NCBI RefSeq assembly: GCF_009914755.1
Contig: NC_060942.1
Source of the DNA: the human T2T-CHM13v2.0 reference genome, Homo sapiens
Reading direction: 5' to 3' (one strand)
DNA length: 64,000 bases
A program made the position numbers and the translations under genes. Shown here one piece after another: positions 14,423 to 26,560 of this stretch. The first letter of the stretch is position 1. Every line of letters starts with the position of its first letter. The notes under the pieces are model-generated. The model saw only the letters and a program-made list of their open reading frames with translations. It had not been told where the DNA came from and made no database searches.

Positions 14423-15242
14423 AACATAAAGTTGCTTGCTAGTAGCAGGCTCTGTTTTTGCAGAGCCAGACACGCTCAAAAAAAAATCCTAAAGTTGAAA
14501 GGAGAACAACCTGATATTTTACTTCAGTAGGTCTCAAATTTTCTACCACAGAGCCGCCATATTTCATGCCATGAGGTCTCTGCCTGGGAAGAAAGAAGGT
14601 CTAGGTTTTAACAGCCAATTTGGAAAAAAATATGGGTTTTACTACTAAAATTTACTAGTCCAACCTTTGTTCCAGAAATCAGGAACACACTTCTAGAGCG
14701 CCAAAAAGATAATGGTCACAGGTAGCCAGCCATGGACCAATGACCAAGGTTCAGACCCATGTTATAACTTTTCCCCCCACCATACTATCCTGCTCGTGGC
14801 CTGTGGGACACATTTTCTGGATGACTGGCCAGGCTAGGGGCCTAGCCCATAAGCTTGGGAAACTGCTAGCTTACTCACAACCTTGTCTGAATCAGCACAG
14901 GATAGGGGAAAAAACACCAGAAAGAGTTTGGTGAGTTCAAATGAAGACAATAAATTACAAAGTAGGATGGAGAGGGAGACGTTTCCTATTGTCTCAGAAC
15001 CATGGTCAAAGTCCAAAGGTGAGCTTGAGTTGTTGGTGATAAACATGTCTCCATAAGGTTTACTAGAGGCTCCATCTCTGAACTATCCCCAATGAAATTA
15101 AGAAAAGACTTGAGTTGGGGATGGGAGAGTGGTAACATAAAGTTGCTTGCTAATAGCAGGCTCTGTTTTTGCAGAGGCAGCCACATTCAAAAAAAATCTT
15201 GAAGTTGGAAGGAGGACAACCTGATATTTTACTTCAGTAGGT
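14423..15242 (+). repeat. Dispersed direct repeat, ~110 bp x2 (14423-14532 and 15134-15242)
   Basis: Manual alignment gives 9 substitutions and 1 indel (~91% identity). Confidence 0.95.
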
Positions 15243-18200
15243 ATTTGGTGAAGTGCATGCTAGTGAAGAAAGTTTTTTCTGTCATGTCTTTGTAGTTGTG
15301 GCTAGTGGTGGTGCCTCTCTCTCCTCAAAACCAAGTAAGGCAATCTCCAAGGGAATCCTGAATAGATGCTGAAGGTGACTCTAAGAGACGTAGGCTGGCT
15401 GGATACATGCTAAACTGCAGATTTTGAGGTCTTCTCTGATGAGAGGAGTGGGGCATTGAGAGAGGATACTAGGAAATGAGGGGTTATGCACACTATCCTT
15501 TTTATTTCCTGATGCCTGCTGAGGTGAGAGGAGAGAAGGGTGTGTACTAGATATATGTCACCTGGAGTTTTGGGAAGGTGCATATTTGAGTATAGTAAAT
15601 AGTGTTCGCTTAGAGACCAGAGATTCCTGAAGGTAGTTGCTCTAGGTCAGTAGCCCAAGACAGCAATGGCTTGTCATGCAATATACCTGGAAATGAGATA
15701 TGGGCAGCCCCATCCCATTTCAAGGCTCTGTGGACCTGGGAAATACAAAAGAGGACTCCAGTGGCTCCCATAGCTCCATGGGAAGCAACATGGAAGCTGA
15801 TGATAAGAGCCATAGAACCATTCAGGATGACCACTGGACCAAGCAACAGGAGACCCAGCACAGACAAGGAGTTGGAGATGTTTATCACTGCTCAAGGCCA
15901 ATATACAACTGCCCTCTCTGGTGGAGGTGGAAGTTCCCAGTGATGGAGGGGGCCAAGATGAAGCTGAATGCTGTCCCTCAAACACACCACTTCTATGGAG
16001 GCTGCCAATGAACTGAGAGCACCAACCTCAGAAAGGACTGGCCTGAAGCAGAGCTCGACCAGGACAGCTTCCTCCCACCACACACCAGTCCATCTGTTTC
16101 TCATCTGCTGACCATGCCACGATGGGCCAGAATAGGATTCAGGAGGCTTCTGAAGTCTAAAGAAAGGAATTCAAAGAGAGAAGGAAATATGTAAGTACAC
16201 GAAGAACAAACCACCAACCTTCAAGCCACTGGAGTCACAGACTGGGGGAGTCAACATTTGTGGGGGAGAACACAAGCTCTGAATCTGATTTGAGACTGAA
16301 GTATCAAAATACAAAAGACTGAATCTTAAATAACAAAGTGAACTGTTCTAATAACCAAAAGTGACAGGAAAGTTAGAGGAGCAGGCCAAATTGCTGTTAA
16401 GGGAGTTACTTTCCAGCAGGAAAGGTGGGTCAACATATCCTCGTTGAAGGGGTTGTCATTGTATAAGTGTAAAACTGTTTCATTTTTATACCCATAACAA
16501 GTTGAGACTCCCTAATAAATTTGTTACGTAAGGTAAACACTTTGGACAGAACTTTAATGCTTTCATATTTCTACTGCTTTTCTTCCAAAGGATTCTGAAG
16601 GCAACATGCCAATATTTTCCCCATTCTGCAAATTAGCACACGGAGAGAGTGGTGTTGGTTATCAAAGGGACTCAATCTATCTACAGCCTTCTGTCTCATA
16701 CTCATATCATGAGGCGGCTCACTCCCCCTCAGACCCAAATGTGATCTGTTTTTAATTGGGAACAGAACTTTTCAATTCTTGAGCCCAAAACAAATTAAAA
16801 AGTAGAAGAAGGAGGAGGGGAAGGACAAGAAAAAGGTTTGCTTTTCCCCTAATTTGAGAATCTGTGATTTCTCACTGGTTTTATCAGTACCAAGATTTTT
16901 TGTTTTGTTTTGTTTTGTGGGGTTTTTTTTTTTAATGATTCTTTTCTCTTTTTTTCACAGTTCTCTATTCAAGACTAAATTTATCTGCTTTAAAAAATCC
17001 ATCTGGCTTTTGTGTTATGGAAGCCCACACAAGCCTGCACCAACCGTTCTAGAAGCAACAAAGAGTTATCAAATGGAGTAAGTTTCAAATGAAGGGACAG
17101 CAAGTTAATTAAGGCCTGAGTTTCTTAATAAGGAATGAAGCACAGTGGAGACTTGAATGATGCCAAAACACATGAAAGTTTCAAAGACTAAAACAATTTG
17201 TGAGGAAGAAAAAAAGAAGAAGTGACTTGGACAATTTTTTAGGTTCTACCCCCAAAATAAATATATCTATTCCCATTTGTATCAACAGACAAATGTAAAT
17301 ATCACTCAAAGAATCTCAAACTAACATTAACATGAGAATGAAATATAAATAATTCTGAATGTAAAGCCTAAGTATAAAACATAGTATAAAAAATGTAAAT
17401 ATAATAAAACTAGGAATAACAACATTGCATTACGTTGATTGTTAAGAGATTGTCACTGGTTTTCTTCAGAAACTTTAGGCAGATTTTCCTCTTCTATACT
17501 ATTCTTGACAAAGTATAATTTCTTTCAACCAATGGATGAACAACGTCCAATAAAGTGAAACCTTTCTGCAAAAAAAATTATTTTATTCAAGTGATCCTGG
17601 TGCTAATGAGATGCATTGTTATTAGGCTTTATTTTTAATATTTTTATATCAATGTTAATGGGCAAGAAAAATGGGGAAAATCTCTTAGGAAAGATCAATA
17701 TATTTCTAAGTTATTGAAAAGCCTGTAGATTTAAAATGTGCGTAATATATTCCTGCTATACTGGCATGATCTAGGGAGAGGCCCTACTAAACTAAGAATT
17801 AAGGGATCTGAAAGCTCATTTCAATCCTGCCTCAGATGTTTTCAGGGAGATGCTTTAGCACATGGTACCTCAGTTCACTCCTCAGAACAAGGAAGCTGTT
17901 GATAGCCACACCAAATCCTGCATGCCTCTAGGAAATGAATTAAGAATTCATGTGTGAAATGTTTCTTTGAATTTTATAATGAAATGGCATCTTATAATTG
18001 TATGATATGGCAAAGTGAAATCAGGGTGTGGTTATGTTGAAACGTTTCTGTTTCTTTGGCTAAACCAAAGATAAACAAGCAACTTTTTCTGAAAGCAGAC
18101 TTCCTTGGGGGAAAATCAAATTGTTGCAAATTATAGAAAGGGAGAGAAGACAGGGAGATGGATGGAGAATTTTGAGGAGGGCATAGACCAGACAGGCTCA

Positions 18201-18499
18201 AAAAGCTCAGTTACCATCCTGTTAAAATATAACCCACAAAATGTTACACCATAGCATTCTTCACAGCCATCTGCTTCTGCCATCAACTTTGATTCCCACA
18301 AACAGATTTCAAAAGTTGAATCTGGCCCTCAGTGAGTTTAGGAACATTCAGCAGGACTATCTGTATGTGATCAGAAAATTCACCAACTCTCTATTCCTGT
18401 CTCCAGAAACAATCTATCTCTCATCCTTTCCAATTAAGGCATAACATGGTCTTATAATTCCTTGTAGCTTTTCACATCCTTCACAGGGCCTAGCAGAAA

Positions 18500-18780
18500 A
18501 TTTAAATATAGTTTGGACTCCCATCCTTTTCTCTCCATCTCCACTTCCACCCCTGCCCCCAGGCCTACCGTGTCAAGTCATCTTTCCTCAGCTGGATGAC
18601 TGCGATAGCCTCCTACTGGTTTCCTGTCGTCCACTCTAATCTCTTTCCCACAGCCACAGTGAACTTTGTCCAAAGGAAATCAGATTGTGTACTCCCCTGC
18701 TTAAAACCTTCCAATGGTTTTGCATTGCACTCTAAAAAAAAAAAAAATCTAACTCCATATAATAGCTGCCAAGACTTTAT
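18500..18780 (+). mobile_element. L2 relic
   Basis: CTGCGATAGCCTCCTACTGGT...ATCAGATTGTGTACTCCCCTGCTTAAAACCTTCCAATGG. Confidence 0.65.
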
Positions 18781-18781
18781 A

Positions 18782-18990
18782 TGTCAGTTAGTCATTGCTG
18801 CATAACAAACCACCACAAAACTCCATGTCGTAAAACCACAAAAATTATTTATTTTTTATGTATCTGCTTAGCTGGTATAGGCTGGACGTGGGCTTATGCA
18901 CGTATCTTTGGGTTTGGTTGGGGTTCTATTTCACATAATTCTCCTTCTCTTACCCGCAGACCTTATGCTAATAAGCCAGTCTTTTAATGA
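18782..18990 (-). mobile_element. Old MLT1 LTR fragment
   Basis: TGTCAGTTAGTCATTGCTGCATAACAAACCACCACAAAACT resembles an MLT1 terminus. Confidence 0.55.
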
Positions 18991-19032
18991 GGATTTTTTT
19001 TTTTTTTTACAATATTGACAGGCAAGCATGAT

Positions 19033-19304
19033 CTGGGAGTGGATTTACCCACTAGGCATAGAAAGCACAATGACTAGGGCCTGCAACACTTTTAGGAGTC
19101 CAGATAATTGCTTTAATTTTACATTATTTTAAAATCAGGAGGAAAACTTGAATACAATATTAATGCATATTTACAAATAAATTCACTAATATATTTGTCT
19201 TTATACCAATGCAGTTTTAAAATATATTTTTGAATTTTCTTTATGGAGGAAGTGGCCTGGAAGGTAAAAATGCTGAGGACCACAAAGCTCATAATGCAGC
19301 CTTG
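19033..19304. mobile_element. ORSL-like hAT-Tip100 MITE
   Basis: GGATTTACCCACTAGGCA...CTAGGGCC...TTTTAAAATCAG...TCTTTATACCAATGCAG...CATAATGCAGCCTTG matches the recalled ORSL consensus. Confidence 0.65.
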
Positions 19305-20786
19305 CACAATCCTAGTTAATCAAACTTGAAGCATAGAAAACTCATTGTTGGTTCTCTGTTCTCTTACTTAAGTAAGTCATGGAACATCATGAAATGTCAA
19401 TTTCCTCCCTAAAATAACACGACGGTAACTGGCAAGAGATTCGCCTATCCTTTATAAAAGTAGAGTACCCCAAACACTGGATGATTCCTCCTTATAGTCA
19501 TTAATTTGCTCTACCCTGGAACTCTTGGCTGGTTTTGCTTATTATGAGAGACACAATTTTAAAACAGTATTGTTCTAGGTCTGTCATTGCCACCATGGGT
19601 CATAATATAAAGGAACAATATGGAGAGTTACTTTAGTCCTGTGCAAAGAACAGAGGAAGACTTTATTCTCCAAAGTTTTATACCACTTTCCAGGAGTCTC
19701 CTTTACATTTTAATTCTATAAAAGTCCCATTCATATTATCAATTCTATTAGGTTTATAGAAATCTAATGCTGGCCAAACATCATGAGACTCAGAGGGGAC
19801 GCAAAAATAGAAGTTACTGTTTGAAGAAGAGAAGCAAAACAACTCTTCCTCTGTAAAGATAGTTAGTTCAAAAGTAAGAACTTTCTTTATCTTGCATAGT
19901 CTTGTCATTCTCACAAGAATAAATGTTCTTAGTGACCATCTATATATATAGTTATTCCATCCATTTTAAAAGAAGCTGTGTAATTTTTTTAGATCACTGT
20001 ACATAATACATTCCAATGTTAACTGTGTCCTTGTGAAACTCTAAATTAGCTTTATAATCTTTAAAGTATTTTGACATAATTCTTTGCTTTTTTAATGGAT
20101 AGTTAATTTCCTGTTTCCATGTAACCCTTGATGACTCTGTGAAAGCTTGGATTACTTTTCCTCTCTAGTTCCCAAACCACAAATGGGAAAAACTGCAATC
20201 CTGCAGTGGCCACATCACCTACCTAAATATTTTCACAGATTCTGAGATTTGTTTCCTTGCTGAACTGGGAGAGAAACTTTCATGGCATTTTACCCTCTGG
20301 AATATAAAATTAATTTAATCTTATCTTTGTTTACACATACTTCTTGGTACCCAGCAGTCCTAAAATACCTCCACGGACTCCATAACAATATGACTTTTCA
20401 TGGGCTCCATTTTTGGGGTGTCCATGTGTCTTGTGGCCCATGAATTGTAGAAAGCATTTCTTCTTCCCTAACTCTGAATCTCATGCCTAAAATTTCCTAA
20501 ACTTAGGCCAGTCATCTATTCATCCCTTCATCATACTTCTGAGCATAACACTGAGATATATCTTCAAATAATACAGAGGGAGATTTTGGAACGCCCAAGC
20601 ATGTCCTCTGTGGCATCGACTCCTGGGCAGGAAGCGTGGGTGGCCCGCTTAGGGTCACCTGTCAGGGTGTCTGGTCTAAAAGAAAAAAGGAAGAACAGGC
20701 TTGAATCTCAGCAAGGCGGCCCCTTCCTCTCAGCTGTCTCTTTCATTCTAAGGAAAGGGTCTCTGATTTACCTGGTGGAACTAAGG

Positions 20787-20960
20787 TAGTGGTTGTCAAA
20801 GACAGGCCCTGAGCCAACAGCGATAACATCACCGGGAACTCATTAGAAATACATATTGCTGGGCTTCACTCCAGACTTCCCAAACTGGAAACTCTGAGAT
20901 GGGGCCCACTGACCTGTGTTTTAACAATCCCTTCAAGTGATTCAAGTTTGAGAATCACGG
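20787..20960. mobile_element. MER5A MITE
   Basis: TAGTGGTTGTCAAAG...CATCACCGGGAACTCATTAGAAAT...TGTGTTTTAACAA...AAGTTTGAGAATCAC. Confidence 0.8.
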
Positions 20961-21214
20961 GACTAAGATGTTTTTATTAAAACTGAAAGTTGAACCCACA
21001 AATTTTTCACTTGGCCCCACCAAGGCCTTATTCAAATCTGTGCTTCCTGGTCCCTATTAGATAGCTCTGTTGCAGGTGCTCGCTGCAACCTCTGCCTTCC
21101 TGGGTGGGGCACAGGTAGTGTCAGAAAAGGATCCTTGTAAGATGCATGCAAAGTCGGCTTCAGTAGCCTCCTGTATTTCCATTCAGGACTTCTATCCTTC
21201 AAATTCCCTTCATG

Positions 21215-21550
21215 AGTTTATGTTGTGCTCACAACCCCCAAATCTCAGTGGTTTAAAACCACAGGGATTATTATCAATCATACTGCATGTCCAGTGTGAA
21301 CCAGTGGGAGAAGGGAACCTCTGTCCATTACGGTGATTCCCACTGTGGGACCCAGGCTGGTACCAACTCATATCTTGCCTGTGAATGTGGCAAAGGAAAA
21401 CAGTATGGCAAGGTACAGAGTGGCTCATCAAACTTCTGTTCAGAAGTGACACACAACACTTCTCTCCCATGCCATTGGCCAAAGCAGATAACATAGTTAT
21501 GCCTGGTCTCAATGGGGCACTAAAGTTTAATCCTACCCCAAGGAGAAGAA
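21215..21550 (-). mobile_element. Old MLT1 LTR (MLT1J/K-like)
   Basis: ACAACCCCCAAATCTCAGTGGTTTAAAACCACA...AGAAGTGACACACAACACTTC...CCATTGGCCAAAGCA. Confidence 0.6.
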
Positions 21551-22194
21551 GTGTCTATTACCAAAAAGTACTGCAATCTTACTCCATCCTCCAAAGGGCT
21601 ATACCGTCAATGTAGAATTTCAGACTCCATGCTGGACAATGGAAAACCGTGTTTGTGTGTGTGTGTGTGTGTGCACACGCACTCACACACATGCACATAC
21701 ATGTGTGTGATGTTGAATGGATCCAGGATGAAGAGGGATTCTCTGGGAAACCTACTTCCTGTTGGCTCTTAAGCATAGTCATCGGGCCAATTTCATAAAG
21801 GACAAAAAACAGTCACATTGATGGAATGCCATCTAAGTGCTGGCTACTATGCCAGACCTTTTCTATTCATATTCTCTCTCAAGCTTCACAGAAACCTTAT
21901 GCAGGAGAGAAAGGAACTAACCTTGTTCAAAGAAGCCAAGGCCCAAAGCAATTTAGTAACTTTGCTGTAGTGACAGAGGATATGGTAGCACTAGGATACT
22001 AAGTTCTTGAGGACCCACGAAGCTCGATCTACTCCCAGGAAAACACAGAGCTGAAGGGGAGACATCTCTCTCCCATGTAACAAAGAGAATCATTGATTCT
22101 TCTGCTGACCTGCATGTTTCTGGTGATCCCCACTGGTGCAGAATTGGCCTCTAGTCATGGTATACAGATCAGTCTTAGTCCAATGTGATTGTTA

Positions 22195-22729
22195 CAGGTT
22201 GAACATCCCAAATTCAAATCCAAAATCTGAAGTTAACCAAAATGTGAAACCTTCTTTTATTCTTTAGAGACAGGTTCTCACTCTGTTGCCCAGGCTGGAG
22301 TGCAATGTGATATGATCAAAGCTCATTGCAGCCTTATACTCCTGGGCTCAAGTGATCCTCCTGCCTCAGCTTCCCAAGTAGCTGGGACTACACATGCATG
22401 TAACCACATCCAACTAATTTTTAAATTCTTTGTAGAGATGGGGTCTTGTTATGTTGCCCAGGCTGATCTTGAACTCCTAACCTCAAGCAATCCTTCCACC
22501 TTGACCTCTCAAAGTGCTGGGATTATGGGTGTGAGCCACAGTGCCTGGCTAAAATTCAAAACTTTTTGAGCATCAATATGATGCACAAATGAAATACTCA
22601 CTGGAGCATTTCAGATTTCAGATCTTCAGATTTGGGATGCTCAACCAGTATAATGTAAATATTACAAAGTTTAAAAAAATTCAAAGTATTTCTCATCCCA
22701 AGCATTTCAGATAAGGGATATTTAACTTG
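22195..22729. mobile_element. Tigger4a (Zombi) MITE interrupted by an Alu
   Basis: TA|CAGGTTGAACATCCC ... GGGATATTTAACTTG|TA: inverted termini with a TA TSD. Confidence 0.8.
22251..22549 (-). mobile_element. Alu (AluJ-like)
   Basis: Reverse dimeric Alu inside Tigger4a; degenerate TSD AAAATGTGAAAC / AAAATTCAAAAC. Confidence 0.9.
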
Positions 22730-25017
22730 TACTATCAAAGTGAAGCTGTTTCTCCCCTATGAGTACAAATTTTCAGGGTTTTAATTGAGAAAGCAGTTCT
22801 TCAAATAAAAGTAGAGAAAACTTTGTTATTTTTACTAATGAATATCAAGAAGTCTACTCAAATCTAGAGTGTCCCTAGATGAATAAAACCGACAAACCCT
22901 AGCTTAATGAAACCATGAACTCTGCCATTTTAGAAAAATAAAATAAAATAAAATAAACCACACTTTATAGCTTTATTTGAGGGAAGCCCTTTGATTTACA
23001 TTATTAGTGGTATATCAAAAGAAAACTTCTTTAGCTGTATTTCACCTTCAAAAGCACTGCACAACAAGCAGCAATAATGCACATTAGAGTGTATCACTGG
23101 TGGAGAAACTAAGAGGCAAGGATATCCAAGAAACAGAACCCTGCAAATCAGGTAACAAGCAGCTAACTTTGTCAACTCAATCCAAAAGTGCTTACCTCAC
23201 TCAGAAATGGCACCAAAGCCCTTCATGCAAACGCATCATGAAATTATGTCGATGTGATGCTGAACTCAGCAGCTCCATCAGCAGGACACCAGCTGACTTC
23301 AAATGTCTCCCAAGAACACCATGAGCTAATGACCGTGAATGCTATCCAGGGTCAACCCCACAGCATCCCAGGAGACAAACACCAAAAGCCCAAGAAGGAT
23401 GTAATCTTTCAAAGAGTGAGTCACACTCACTGAAGTGGCTATATGGCATAGAGACAACTAAATATTTATTGTTCTGTAATATTCAAACTGTCACCATTAG
23501 AAAACAATTTCCAAGAAATTTGTTGGTTTTTATTACCAAGCCCATTATAAGTACACTTGGAAGAGAAAAAGTCTTACTAACTGAGGAGAAATGCCACAAT
23601 AACACAGCGTTGTAGTACAATCATGCATTTTTCATTCAAGCCCTAGGAGTGACTTGTGTTAACATAATATGAGCTTGGAAGATCTCAGATGTAAGTTATG
23701 GAGCTAGCATAATCTCCAAGTCAACTGCCTATAACATATTCATTTCTTTACAAATTCTCTAAGAATGATAAATCCAGCCTGACTTTAATTACTATGGCAT
23801 CTTTCTATATTTTCAATAACATACATATATAAATCCTAAAATCCAACAAATAATAAAGCAAAAATCACTGAATACACATACAGTGTACAGTTTTAGGGAA
23901 TACTCTGAACTGGCTGATAGTCCTATCATTAGCTTGTTACGATCTACAAGCTCAGCCTATAATTTTTCCTTTACTGCACTTTAAACTCCCTCTCCATCTC
24001 AACAATGATGCTGAACGTGTTCATATATCACATACAGTATATCTCTTCATGTTTTCCAGATGGTATTGGATAAAATGGAAACAAAAGAAAGATGTCGCAA
24101 AGAAAAATAGATGTTTTTCTACTTTCATTCTTAACACAGCTTCTCATCTGGTAGAGAAAAATACAAACCCACACAGAGCTGATGGAGAATCTCGAGAGAT
24201 ACAGTTCATTTTGAGGAGATACACATTGGATCCATAGGTTCAGGCTTTTCTTTTGTCCTCAGCCAATCTCAGCAAACAAAGGGTATGGATTTCCTGAACT
24301 CGGATGTACGGTATCGTTGGCTTGTGCTTTCAGCAGCGATTTAGTGGAGTGGTTTGGATATAATTAGACTCATTCCAGTATTTGTCCCTACAATGATCCC
24401 CATGCTCCAAAGAAAATATCCACAGTTACAGCAAGTTAGTTTTTTTAAGGTTAGCATTTATAGACCCTGAGACATTTAAAACATAAAATTATCAATTTTG
24501 AACAAATCAGAGAAACATTTGAATAAGTTATTTGAGAAATAAAAATACTGAGTTAGAACATGACTTTTCAAAAATTACCTGGAGATTTGACTTTTCTCCA
24601 AGCAGGTGACCCTGAGATGATTTTTTTTTCCAAAAAATTTGGATATAAACACTTACGACTTACAGGTCATTTGTGAGGCAAACACACAAAATTTAATAAT
24701 CTTTGAATGAAATACATTGCAAGGATGGTAAAGAAAATTAACTTATTTAAAGAGGTGATAAATATTATGCACAATCAGTCCCTCTCGTTTCCATGTAGTG
24801 TTTGCCATTTTGTTTAACTCACATCCCTGGAAATAAGTTGGGACTATTTACCAGCCACGATGGACTACAAATATGTGCACACACCCACTCTGCATTTCCT
24901 ATCAGGGCTTGTTCTGATGGTCGGGGGTTGGGGGGTGACTCTCATGATCCATCAGCAACACTCACTCTAAGAGCCATCTGTCCTTTTGGCCAGTGTCTCC
25001 CCATGTCACTTATAATC

Positions 25018-25372
25018 TATCTTGGTTAGTTCTTGCTGCTGTAACTAAGTACCATAGACTGGTTGGCTTATAAACAACAGAAGTTTATTTCTCACAGTCC
25101 TGGAGTCTGAAAGTTCAATATCAAGGTGCCAGCATTAAGGTCCTCTTCCAGGTTGCAGATTGCTCTCTACTCACTGTGTCCTCACATGGTTAAAAAGAGG
25201 GCAATAGTGCTTTCTAGGGCCTCTTTTATAAGGGAACTAATCCCATTCATGAGGGCACCACCCTCATTAATTTATCACTTCCCAAAGGCCCCACCTCCAA
25301 CTACCATCCCAATTAGAGGTTAGAATTTCAACATATGAATACAGGGGGGACACAAGCACTCACTCTATAACA
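25018..25372 (-). mobile_element. MaLR solo LTR (MLT1A0-like)
   Basis: GCTGCTGTAACTAAGTACCATAGACTGGTTGGCTTATAAACAACAGAA...GGGGGACACAAGCACTCACTCTATAACA. Confidence 0.85.
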
Positions 25373-26183
25373 TCATCCCAAACAAACGCCCGAGGTGGGT
25401 TACAGGTGATCCTTTTCTGGAGGCTCTCTGAAGCCATCTGCTAATGCACTCAGGTGAAGAAAGGAATGACTGGGACTCTCAAGGCTTCCCTGAGTCCATT
25501 TATAAAAACCTTCACTGTGAACCTTACCTGCAAGTTGCTTGGCCCACGCATTGCAAGGCCCAGCCTTCATAGAGAGACATCATGGAAAGTGAAAGTTGGA
25601 TTCACATTTCTCTCCATTACAAGTTGTTATTGTAGCTTGTTATAAGCTACAATAACAAGTTGAGCTTCATTTTATCATCTGAAAAATGGGATAATAACTC
25701 ATACATTAAAGAGTTCTTCTGAAGACTAAGTGGGATAATATTTATGAAAGCACAAAATAGGAAGTATCTGGCATATGATAGATGTGTAAGAAATGCAACA
25801 TTCTTTCTTTTAGTCAATGATAGATAGTTTTCCAACAATCCCCAACTTTCTTTCAGTGACTTAAGTTTTTTTCAGGCTCCTCTAAAAGGTGCTCACAATC
25901 AACACTACTAAAATCATGCAGTATCAGAGCTAGAAGAGCCATCAGACACAGTGTAATCTTGCCCCACCCTATGCATTTGCTCCTATCCACATATCTTGCT
26001 CAGGGAGTGTGAAGGCAACTAATCTGGATGCTGATACAACATTTGCCCCTCTTTATGATTTTTTTAATGATTTGAATAAACTCAAGCATTAATCAAGATA
26101 GAGGAGCATAGCTCATCAGTATAAGTTTCATGTATGGTTTCTTACAAGGGAGCTAGTGTTTATTGAATACCTAAACATCCAAG

Positions 26184-26560
26184 TGGCTGTTTGGTTGTTT
26201 ACCCATCCAAATCTCATATTTAATTGTATTATAGCACCCATAATCCCCCTGTGTCATGGGAGGGACCCAGTGGGAGGTAACTGAATCATGGGGGTAAGTT
26301 TTTCCCATGCTGTTCCTGTGATAGTGAATAAGTCTCATGACTTATCTGGTTTTATAAAGGTCAATTGGTTTTATAAAGGGCAGTTGCCCTGTTCACGCTC
26401 TTGTCTGCCACCATGTAAGACATGCCTTTGCTCCTCCTTCTGCCATGATTGTGAGGCCTCCCCAGCCATGTGGAACTGTGAGTCCATTAAACTTCTTTTT
26501 CTTTATAAATTACCGAATCTTGAGTATTTCTTCATAGCAGTAAGAAAATGGACTAATACA
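26184..26560 (+). mobile_element. THE1C-like solo LTR inserted in a MIR
   Basis: THE1 motifs CCATGATTGTGAGGCCTCCCCAGCCATGTGGAACTGTGAGTCCATTAAAC...GGACTAATACA; internal duplication of TGGTTTTATAAAGG; MIR-like flanks. Confidence 0.88.

Noticed and set aside
14423-15242. Direct repeats as a CRISPR array or paired LTRs
   Set aside because: Only two copies in eukaryotic DNA, with no TG...CA termini, primer-binding site, polypurine tract or TSD.
15908-15926. CTCF-like TGCCCTCTCTGGTGG
   Set aside because: Spacing does not fit the core motif.
23190-24300. Splice-like signals around 23195(-) and 24139(+)
   Set aside because: The frames I translated hit stops and there are no consistent partner sites; expected by chance.
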